From contig NC_047082.1 in NCBI RefSeq assembly GCF_902459465.1, forward strand, positions 8,246,001 through 8,310,000: a stretch of DNA of 64,000 bases, given 5' to 3'. The DNA is from Asterias rubens. Lineage: Eukaryota. The notes beneath the pieces were generated by a model. It made no database searches, was not told where the DNA came from, and saw only the letters and a list, made by a program, of their open reading frames with translations. Made by a program: the position numbers and the translations under genes. Each line of letters opens with the position of its first letter. The first letter of the stretch is position 1. Of the stretch, positions 25,701 to 36,300 are shown one piece after another.

Positions 25701-25726
25701 CCCCTCAACAGGCATGGGTTGCATAA
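10731..25726 (+). CDS. Type I membrane lectin/complement-control receptor: SP-Sushi x2-C-type lectin x2-Sushi x2-mucin-like S/T repeats-TM-cytoplasmic tail (about 1074 aa)
   Basis: Exons 10731-10809, 11320-11511, 18798-18980, 19614-19850, 20127-20294, 20918-21184, 21561-21701, 22316-22504, 22761-22934, 23382-24641, 25056-25140 and 25477-25726 total 3225 nt and are open throughout. The Sushi exons show C-P-P...C..GY.L.G...C...G.W...C patterns. CTL1 has EPN and WND; CTL2 has EPN and WNN. Confidence 0.85.
12677..12929. mobile_element. MITE with gggtccaatttcatagag / ctctatgaagttgggccc termini
   Basis: Long internal inverted symmetry. Related copies lie at about 19970, 41150, 46375, 49240, 54640 and 58400. 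Confidence 0.75.
13443..14180 (-). CDS. Intronless secreted C-type lectin + PAN/apple domain protein (copy A, 245 aa), nested in intron 2 of the receptor gene
   Basis: Single ORF with a signal peptide, a CTL domain (CPPGW...SCY...C...LWI...QPN..C...WAD..C...C) and a C-terminal PAN-like motif (CGLACWAEPLCRSFNL...CQLN). Confidence 0.88.
   Translation of the reverse strand: MTPFSEVIFVLILMVSILRALQAACPPGWLTWHDSCYILLPQKMNGTIAKKACDLPGVSLVFPNSIEEQIFVWEEMSAWMRELGATSSDELQLWINCYRHDNENFLCSDNEGTSSFGNWDTNSNQPNEDCVRMVGSAEGKWADIYCRYNYFVACEMSALAYGCRQQSRRYSHVPQQCLLNHQIKSYPVKESIGCGLACWAEPLCRSFNLWKQADNKTSCQLNHASLKEADVTDIKYEENCYFYEP
16020..16175 (-). pseudogene. Orphan fragments of the CTL-PAN lectin gene 3' end
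   Basis: Two copies of the stop-codon/3'UTR cassette, with no upstream lectin CDS attached. Confidence 0.6.
17073..17828 (-). CDS. Intronless secreted C-type lectin + PAN/apple domain protein (copy B, 251 aa), nested in intron 2 of the receptor gene
   Basis: Clear paralogue of 13443-14180 with an intact ORF and signal peptide. The sugar-binding loop reads NGPRE instead of NQPNE. Confidence 0.88.
   Translation of the reverse strand: MVPINIKMATLGVYEMIILMVCILRVLQAVCPPGWLTWQDSCYILLPQKMNGTNAKKACDRPGVSLVFPNSMQEQNFVWEVMSTWMKELGASSDELQLWINCYRQDHEQHFVCSDYEGTSSFSNWVFRSNGPRELCARMVGSAAGRWADQVCSNNYFVACEMSALAYGCRQPSRRYIHVPQQCLLNHQIKSYPVNESIGCGQACWAEPLCRSFNLWKQADNKTSCQLNHASLKESDVTDIKYEENCYFYVP
22530..22680. 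repeat. (GTT)n/(GTC)n microsatellite in an intron of the large receptor gene
   Basis: Direct inspection. Confidence 0.85.
23660..24560 (+). repeat. Coding tandem repeat, about 6.5 x 141 bp (47-aa Ser/Thr-rich mucin-like unit)
   Basis: The unit TTFGVESTTSTTSDDVISGTSQLQTSDYVSSSSDTVSTSSHYDQTES repeats at 23660, 23801, 23942, 24083 and onward inside the 1260-nt exon. Confidence 0.9.
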
Positions 25727-27094
25727 ATACATACCCTTAGCAACGAAAGTGGTTTATTGTACAATATTATTAACTAATATGCATTTTTTTGTATTTACAT
25801 ACCGAAAGGACATGGAACTGATTTTGGGTTGAACTATAAGGAAAATGTGTGATAGGGAAATCTGTTCTCGTGGGAATTTTAATAACATGGGCTGGAGGAA
25901 GATGGTTCAAAAGAGTTGTTTCTGTACAGTTAGCCGACTTCATTTTGTCTGCACCACCACTGTCGTGTAATGCTTTTCAATGGGGAAATTTTTGTCTTTC
26001 TAAGTCGATTCGAAAAAAAGAACCCTTAACAAGAAAGCAGGACATTTTTCAGGATGGCAATTTCCATTATCCGGGAATGTCCTGGGGTAGAAAGATGACA
26101 TTTCTCCCTCAAATAATTTGAATCTGCGAACCTTCTTTAGGCATCTGAAAGCACACAATTTAATTGTGCAAACAAGTGTTTGTTTTTTCTTTCATAATTT
26201 TTTTGCAAATTTGATAGCCAATTGAGCCAAATGTTCACAGACTTGTTATTTTATACATTAATTTTCTTGTTCGAATACACCAAGTGAGACTACTGCTATT
26301 TGACAATTTTATCAAACGTGTCCACTGGCTTAAAGATAAACTGTAAATGGTACCATTGATTTGTAGGCCTACTGTGGCGTCACACTTTGCTTGCAGTTAA
26401 GATTGATTCAAAGTTAAGATCGAACCTTAATTAGCTCTCTGATGTGAAATCGGCCTCTCGATTTCACGAAACACTATAGATCTATCTTAAACTGCACGAG
26501 GTTGTTTCGAAAAGGCCGATACAACCATAAATCTATAAATACCGCCCTCTAATTTTTTTTAACGATCAAAACATTGTTACCAAAAAGGCGCTTTATTGTA
26601 GGAGCCATACTCACATTACCATATAAGGTCACTAAATGGAAGTTATAAATAAATACAACTTTTTCTAACTTGAGCTATTACACATTGTTTACAACGTAAC
26701 ACTCGATCTACAAACTCAAGTCGAGTAGAATCATTAGAATTAATTAAATACAAATAAACACAAGAAACTTTCGTTAGTTTTGAGACATTCTTGTCATCAC
26801 ACCCGCAAGTGAATATTGTCCCCCTTTATTTATTACTTTAGACCTGTTGTTTGTGATTGCTTTGATCGTGGCATGTAGCCATTCCTCCATGAATCAGTGA
26901 CGCATAGGTCTTCTACGGGTAGATGGATTTCCAATAGCCTTGACAAAAACACAATGCTGTATACTTTCACAATGGACTACGTCACAATAGGGTGGCAAAC
27001 AGCTATGTGTAAACACGGGCAGTGCGATTGAACTTATTTTGAGACGGAAAGGGTTGAGGGAAGGTTCCCGTCGATCTGTGGGAATCAGAGAGAT

Positions 27095-30000
27095 ATGTTT
27101 CGATTGTTTCGTCTTTGGGGAGGAAGGTGTTGCCCTTTGTCCGTACCAAGTATCAGGGCAGTTATTTACGTTGCGGTGTGCTCATACTTCTTTACAGGTA
27201 AGATTGTATTTATTGGTAATGTAGGAATTATGGTATAATATAAATTATAATTCGGTAAAACTTTAATGGTTATAATCATTGTCAAAAAGGCCGAATTGCT
27301 TGCACCTACGGTATTCATTTTCACGTATGAGAAACAATAATGACTTTCATTATACAACTTTTAGAACCAAACAAATGTCATTGGCTGTGATAACCTTTTA
27401 GCAAGTGTTAGTGAAATATGACCGGCTGATCATTGATGCCTCTCAAATGTTTTGTTTTAAACACTTATAAATCCGAATGTTTTTTTTTTTTTTTTTACAA
27501 TCCACACAATGCTCAGTTTTAAACACATCCAGTCCATTGATTTAAAATGTAGTTTATTTTGATATTTACATATTAAGACATTTGTTACTTTCCAGACCAA
27601 ATACAGGTGTAAAGGGGGCTGACAGGGGTAGGCCAACATAAGAATACCCCACAATCAATATAAAGAGACGTAGTAGTCAGACCACTGAATGATTGTTAGA
27701 GATTGAAACCTATAAAGTATAATACAAATTATAAAATAGTTGACTTGATATTGTAAACAATAAGAACAAATTAATGCTTTAGGAAAAAACAGAGTATTAA
27801 ACAAATCCATGTTTAACAATGGTAGAAAGATTGTCAATCTATGACCCGAATTTGACTCGACCCCTCGGTTGAATTGGACAAGGTCAAAGATTGTGGACGA
27901 TTTAATGGTTTAAGGGCAGGTCGCTTGCGGCAGAATGTTTTCAAAAGAATGAAAGTGAGTCGTATCCCAAAGACCCAATGTGTGTGATTGTGCATGGGAT
28001 TAAACTTTAGTAGGCTGAATACATACACACATAATAGTTTTCTTTTATTTGCTGAACTTTATTAAATACAATTTGAATATGAGGTTGGGTGTGGAAAGGT
28101 TATATCCTCCATTTGTTTATTGTCTTCAAGAAATCTTTAAATGGGGTCTTGATCAATCAAGAACATACCACGCTAATACGACATGTATGGGTGAGGTTGT
28201 GCCTCTGATGTTCACAATACAAGCATTTCATGGAATTTGGCACACAGAGAGAGAAAGTCACGAGTTGGGTATTTTGGATATTGTGTGCTTCAAATTGATT
28301 GCAAAGTACATAGCCATCACCTGAAACAGCTTACAGCCAGTATTATCATACCAAAGCTTGTCTTCATTTGAAGAAGAAAAAAAAACACACAAAAGTTCAG
28401 CATTTTCCAGTTTCAACACAATAATGCATACCTTTATTTGAGTCGCACTATTAGTAAAGATTTTGAAATCGTTCCTAAAAATAAATATACTTTATGCTCT
28501 CACAACTACTCGGCTTATATTGATCAACGGTGTGTTAAATGTGCGCAATATTTAAACTTGTTAAAGTAAAAAATTCAACCAACTGATTTTTTCCCCTGCC
28601 GGTTCAGGATTGGCTGATGCTCATTGCACTGGTGGCTTATTTTGCGAGAGTCCATCCTACAGCTATAGAGCTCGTCATGACGGTAAACCAGGCGACTGCT
28701 ACGATAACACAACGGTGCTGACTTACACGTGCACACAGGGTTTCCAACAAAATGGCGCCAGTTTTTTATCAACGTGTAATAGCACGTCAGGCGAGTGGAG
28801 CAACAAGGGATCTTGTGATATAGGTTCGTTTTTGAGAACTAAAACAACTTTAAGTGATGTTTGAAACTTTACATGGTGTGAATGATGAAAAGACATATAG
28901 ATTATAGTAAAATTGCAGGTACAACCGTGTCTCTTTTGGAGGAAGTGTTGGCTCTGAAAAAAAACAGATTTTGTAAACTTTTATTGCTCCTTTCAGAGCC
29001 AACACCCCCTCAAAAGATAAGTATTACATGATTGTCCCAGCAAGTTTACTAAAACCTATAGTTTATTGTTAAAACAGCTTTGTTGGTAACCAGACAATAG
29101 GGCGCCCGTGGATGTTATGTTAACACTTGCATACAACATGGAGGAGTCTAACCTCCATGCATGCAACACCCACTTACTAACAAAAGTTGTCTGGTACATT
29201 ATGAAAAAAAACCTCATCAACATCAACGTTTATGAACTATGCAAACCCATAACCAAAAGGAGTGAAAATATACTCTTTCCTCTTTTTAATAACAACTTTC
29301 AGAACAGCATATATAAACAACACTCTTACTGTTGACCCTCCATTATTTGCAGTAAGCACACAATAACGGTAAGCAATGGTTTTTGTATTAACTGTTTAAT
29401 TTGAATTTGATATTTTTAGGAACTTTATTTTGTTGTGATATTTTCCAGATTTGCTGTCAATTGTGGTTGCGACTAGTCTCTCACTTACTGTTTTACTTGT
29501 CACTGTTACAATGATCTATATGGTACGAAGAAGTCGAAGGTAGGAACCGATTATAAATTCCACCATTTGGTTTGATAAAAGTGTTCGGGGCTGTCATGAA
29601 TATGGTCTGGTTCAATGACTTTATTACTGTTTTAAAATTATCGTCACCAAACAAAATGGCTGCTTACGCGTGACGTCAATACATTTTTCGTTCATACAAA
29701 CCGAATGTTCATTATTGATGTGCTATGACATTTTGTTTGAGTCTCTGAACGTATGTTACTGTGCTGTAGACTTGATTTCGAGTCGCTGGGTTCATTAACT
29801 GCTCCTCAGGGCTCATTTTCGTATGCAGTTAGAGGGCGCTATTTCAGATTAAGGTGATACAAATGTCAGACTAAGAAATCAGAATAACCCAGTAAATGAT
29901 CTGCAATAATTATGTTAACGCTCTCTGTTTTTAATATCTAAATCACATTGACACCTTGTGTTAACAGGACGAGGCTGTACGACACCAATGACGACGTACC

Positions 30001-30606
30001 TGCGCAGGCGCAGACTTCATCTGTCACTCTCGTGAACGCAGCATTCTCCTATGACCAGTCGGATATCCCAGAACCAATCTATGCAAATAACATATGGTTT
30101 GAACAGGACGCCAGACCATCGCTACCATCCAACCAAGATACCAGTCGGTATGAATTAAAACCAGTTGAATTTCTTGTGTTGTTATATTGTGGCATTTTTG
30201 GGGCTTGTGAATCTACCAGGGAAGTAACAACAACCTCAGTCAAATTGACACTGCTATAATTAAGCCGTCAAACTTGAAGTACTTATACAACTTCGATTTC
30301 GTTTTTTTCTTCAGGGATTCTTCAAAGAAACCAGTTCGAGCAATGAAGCCCAATCCAAAGGGGAAGCAAGCACCACGTCCCCCTGTCCACAAAGTAAGAC
30401 CGACCATCGAGCACGGATCTATACATGGGAAGGAAATTGCAAACGGGCACAACAATGATTATGATTTTGACGACGATTTTACAGACGAGGATGATTTCAC
30501 TGATGGTGAATACGAAATTCCTAATCCGTTCCCAATTGCGAACTATGACTACCCGCATGAGCAGATATACATGAACCAATCTCACTTTCTACAACAAGAT
30601 GGCTGA
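27095..30606 (+). CDS. Single Sushi-like domain type I TM receptor, paralogue 1 (about 293 aa), with long acidic Tyr-rich tail
   Basis: Exons 27095-27197 (SP), 28608-28823 (6-Cys Sushi-like, C..GFQQNGAS....C...SGEW...GSCDI), 29449-29539 (TM), 29968-30147 and 30315-30606. Phases are 1,1,2,2 and the 882 nt are open. Confidence 0.8.
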
Positions 30607-33348
30607 CAAACTACAGATTGCTTTCGTTAAAGGCATTGGTAATTACTCAAAATAATTTTTAAGCATAACAACTTACTTGGTAACGAGCAATGGAGAGCCG
30701 TTGATAGAAAACATTGTGAGAAACGGCTCCTTCTGAAGTAATGTAGTTTTTGAGAAAGAGGTTATTTCTCACTCGAAATAAGACTTCAGAAGACTATTGC
30801 TGAAGCCTTTTATTATGCATCTGAAAGCACACAAAGTAATGCAACAAGGGTGTTTTTGCTTTCGTATTACTCTCCTACAAAATCGACCAATTGAACCCAA
30901 GTTTTCACAGGTGTGGTATTTTATGCATATGTTGGGATGCACCTACAAAGTGAGAATATGGTCTTTGACAATCAATACCTAACGTGTCCAGTGCCTTTCA
31001 AGCAGCTTGTTGTTGTTTGTGTGTTTGTTTGCTTAGTTGGGTGTTTGTATGGTTGTTTTTCTGTGTTGTCGTTCGTTGTTTTTTTCTTCTTCTGGTTGGG
31101 CTCATGCAATGTGTCTTAACAACTCTGATAATCAATCCTAGTTTAAAATATATGTATATATTTTTTTAATTAATAATAATTTTGTATTCAAATTTGTATA
31201 TATTTTGTGTACAATTTACCTGAACTATTTCCCCACCAAGCATAACGGTAAACAACGAAATGGTTCTATACTTTAACTCATAAAAAATGTGGATAAGTTT
31301 AAAGAGGTCTGACTTGTTATGCTCAGCCATTTAAATTCCGATTGTGAAAATAATAAATATTTAATCTGTATTGATCAAACCCAAATTGCTTTTTAAACCG
31401 CTCATTGTTTTTACGACTGATGTAATGCAGAGATTTGTTTCAAGTACATTTTTAAATTTATTTATTATTAGTCCACAGTATCAAGCTCAGTCTATGATAA
31501 GCAAATATTACTATAATCTACAAAAAGACTACATTCGATGTTCAAACTAAATACTACAAGGGAGTCCAGTGAGGAACAGCCGTCGATTTCACCAATAACT
31601 TAGGATTAATCTTAGGACTTAATAGGACGAGTTAAGTTCCGTATCCGATCCGAAGGGGTAGGACGCATTGAACCCATCCCAAGTTAGGGCGGGTTACTAG
31701 TTCTAACTCGAGATAGGATTAATCCTAGCGTTTTGTGAAATCGGCTGCAGGAGCCGTAAGAGAACAACGTAATAGAATGGGACAAAATTACATGGCACTA
31801 GGTGGACTCAATGAGCAAGCTATTTTTAACCTAATTATGCAGAAGAACATACGTAAACACAACACACATAATACACACATACAAAGCACAAACACTACCG
31901 AATAATCAGGTCAGCAAGGGTGAATAAATAAGAAGAGTAAACCATTGGCATGAATTAACAGCAAATTTGAAATTATCAGACACGTGTTCTTTGTGCAAGG
32001 GTTTACAAGGTGAACCGACGCAATCTGCGGCCAACTTAGGGCAGAATTACCGGGCGAACTCCCACGCTTAAAGGGACACGTTGCATTGGATTAAGCGATA
32101 TGGGCTCTGAAAAGCGTTTGTTATAAAATTGATATGGGTGAAGAAAAAAAAATGTTTAAAAAAGTAAAACGAGATTCATCTAAATGTGACTCGAATTTAT
32201 TTATTTTTTTCACTTGGGGAACAAACATATATGGTTTCTTAATTTGGAATGACCAAATGTTTGACTCCAATAAATGAAAAGAAACCACACTAGTCCATCT
32301 AAGCACGGTTATTTACCATGCATGACAAAGCACACGGAACGAACGTCCGCAGTGCAGATGTCCCATGATGATCTTTTCCTGGAGATTCTGTCCCCGATTC
32401 TATGGGAAATAACTTGGGCTGGAGGAAGATGATTAAAAGAGGGCGTTATCAGAAGAAGTTTGTACACAGTTTGCCTATATATATAAATAATAAAACAAAT
32501 TATGTTGTGTAAAAAGTGCTATATTGTGCAGAAACGTATGTACTTTTTAAAGGTTTTCTTTGTTCTAGTTGTACCCCAAAGAGAATTTCTTAATAAAGGG
32601 GAATAATAAGACAACATTGGGAAAAAGCCCACCTACCGCATCCGTAAGGATGTGTGCTATTGTCTTCTTTTTCTTCGTGATAAGCGCGTGCATCTCAGTG
32701 TATACTAAAGTCTAGTCGACAAAATAGTTACCAGCAGCATTATCATTTATAACCGATTCCAACTGTGATACTGAAGTTACAAGATTTATACAAAAAGCTT
32801 TGTTTGAGGGCGCTATTAATTACGTATAATGACGTCATTGATTTCCTTACAAATGTTTATTACTTTTTAAAATACGCACAAGTTTAACTATTGTCAGTTT
32901 GAGAGATGTGTCCTATAAACAAGTACAACCAAAACATTTGGCACCATAAGTTAGCATTTGGCAAAGTAAAGGTATACCATTCAGCAATGTCACTATAGGG
33001 TATCTGGGTCATTTTACGGCAAGTGAATTTCATTACAAAGGTAGTTAGATTATGCAAATTGATGCGTGTCCTTTTTTTGGCCTTTTTATAACTGAAATGT
33101 GTATGTAATTTTTTACGACTATTGTGTGATAGTATTAAACGCCTCAAACTCGATCATCCGCGAACATCGTACCAGGAAACGACATACTCATGGTTTATAA
33201 GACTGCATATAACAACAACATTTTTGACCAAATGCAGGTGTCAAAGTTGACAGTTTGTAGCTTATATTTAGGAAATTAACGAGGTTTGGTTTTCAGGTGA
33301 GATTTACAAAGAACTTTCTGTCGTGTAGTTGGCTTCGAAAAGGACTTG

Positions 33349-36300
33349 ATGGGATCTAGATTCCCGTTGATGACTGCGGTTCATATAGCGGTTTTGGCGT
33401 TCCACTATGGTGCAGGTAATCTTCAATTCTTTTAAATCATTATTTGCTTAGTTTTGGTATAACACAGAAGTAGTTTTTGTTTACCATAAATTATCTTTGG
33501 GACTGAATTAACTACAGTAAGAATCATCTTTTGAATGGGTAAAGAGATAAGTTATTTTATTTTTTGAAACTACTCAGGAGAAATATTTAAAACATAACAA
33601 CCGAAAAGTGTCATTGAAAACAAGAATGTTGACGAACATACGAACCACCGTTGCTTATTTCAATAGACTGTTATCATGCTGCCACCATTTTGGTCATGTT
33701 CCCTGTATCCCATAACAGTAATGTATGCTAATACAGGATGCCTTCAGGATGCCTTCAGATAAATGTTGTCAAGCTGATCATAGCATACTAATCGAATCGT
33801 CGACGCTTCAAAATTAACACCCATATTAATGCTTAATAAAAACCATTTAATTCGCTCTTCTTCGAAGAAAAAGCGTAAAATTTACACTTTTGCTCATTTT
33901 GAAAAGAAATTTGAATAAATTATACTTAATGTTTATACGGCCAAAGGGCTCGTCCACTGGTGGGCCTCCTTTTTGCTAGCTCTTTTAGCCTTTGCAAAAG
34001 TTATGTGCAATAGATTTGGGATTTCCCCCATGATCAAAAGGCGGTCCATGCACATAGCAAATGTTTGCGCAATAAATTGGGAATTCCCATTAAAAAGGGA
34101 ACCATTTAGACATACCCATTGTAATAAAAGTTGGTGACGTTGATCTCTGTAATTAAAGCTGCCGCGGTAAATATTTTAAGTTCTTCTTTGCAAAGACCCG
34201 TAAAAGTAGAAATATCGCTGCATCTTGTAGATCTTGTGGTAAAGGGATCCGCAGCCGCCAAAACGCTCAAGGATTTATCCGTTCTCGAGTTAGGACGAGT
34301 TAAAGCCATTGGACACTTTCGATAAACAGTATTGTCCAAGGCCCACACTTCGTGTATCCATGGAGATTCCTCCATGGTGTATCACAACTTATATATAAAA
34401 CAACAAACCTGTGAAAATTTAGGCTTAATTGGTCGTCGAAGTCGGGAAAAAATAACGGGAAAACCTACCCTTGTTTCCGCACGTTTCGCCGTGTCATGAC
34501 ATGTGTTTAAAATAAATCCGTAATTCTCGTTATCGAGAATTGATATTGTTTTAATGGTTTCTCAAAAAGTAAAGCATTTCATGGATTAATATTTCAAGAG
34601 GAGTCTTTCACCATTACCTTCTGTAAACCCTGTCAGTTATTTGTAAATCTGTGAACTTTTTGGTTTGTTTCTGTACCGAAAGTGTCCAATGGCTTTAAAC
34701 CCGTCTATACTTAGGATGGGTTTAATGCGTCCAAACGTGTTCGAATACGGGACTTAGGGACTTAGGAGCTTACATTGGGGTGTGAAACGGCTCCTAGAGG
34801 TATAGCGGTCTAGAACCCGAGAAGTGCCCCATAAACACAACAAGTTATCCAGAAACCCTATTGTTCATACTACTCATGCACCCCAAGAAATAATAAAGTT
34901 GAAGGAACACGTTGCCTTGGATCGGTCGAGTTGGTCTTTGAAAAGCGTGTGAAACCGTTTGCTATAAAATGCATATGGTTAGAAAGATATTTTAAAAGTA
35001 GAATACAATGATCCACACAAACTTACCTCGAAATTGCTTTCCTTTTCCTTTGCGAACTAACACGGTCGGCCATTTATGGGAGCCACAAATTTGACTCCCA
35101 TATTATGGCCGACCATGTTAGTCGACGAGGTAAAAGGAAAACCACGCCATTTCGAGTGATACTTGTCTGGATCATTATATTCTACTTTTAAAATATCTCT
35201 CTAAGCATATGCTTTTTTTGACAAACGGTTACAAACGCTTTTCAAAGACCAACTCGACCGATCCATTGTAACGTGTTCCTTTAATAGTGTAGCGACGGTG
35301 ATCTTATCACTGGTTCCCTGTGTGGCTTGCTTTTCAGACTTGGTAACCGCCTACTGTTATGTACCAATGTGCCCACGACCCCATGTTACATACCCAGAGA
35401 GCATTGTTGAGGCAGAGGATTGCTACAAAAAAGCTACAGTCATCTCGATCGGGTGTGCTGCTGGATTCCGGAAAAATGGCGCCAGTTACTCCGTAAAGTG
35501 TGATGGTCAGTCCGGCGAGTGGATCCCGGTTGGATCTTGTAGTATAGGTCGGTTAAATTTAGATTTCCATTTGATTCATGAAAATCTTCCCCTATCCAAT
35601 ATTATAGCAGTTAAAGGCAGTGGACACTATTGGTAATTACTCAAAATAATTATTGGCATAAAACCTTTCTTGGTGATGAGTAATGGAGAGAGGTGGATGG
35701 TATAAAACATTGTGAGAAACGGCTCCCTCTGAAGTTCCGTAGTTTTCGAGAAAGAAGTAATTTTCCACGAGTTTGATTTCGAGACCTCAGATTTAAAACT
35801 TGAGGTCTCGAAATCAACAATTAAACCGTACAACTTCATGAGACAAGGGTGTTTTTTCTTTCATTATTATCTCGCAAGTTCGATGACCGATTGAGCTAAA
35901 ATTTTCACAGGTTTATTATTTTATTCATATGTTAAGATACACAAACTGTGAAGGCTAGTCTTTGACAATTACCAATAGTGTCCATTGCCTTTAAACTTCT
36001 AATTGTTTTAATAATTTCTGTTTCTATGGCTGTCCCTATTTTGCAGAATTGTCTTCTTTCATCTTGGGCACTGTGGCGTTTGTACTGGTCGTACTATCGG
36101 CTGCTTTCTTGATCTTTACTTTTCGAAGAAATCGCAGGTACATTTGACGCTTTGGTTAAATTAAAATTGTTATATTGGGATAAAGGCAATCCCAAAAGAT
36201 TCACTCTGCATCTATTTCTGGGTTTAATTTGTATACTGTTTGTAGACGAGAAAAACTATAACAGACATGCCATTTTATAACAGAATGTCCGAAAATGTCA

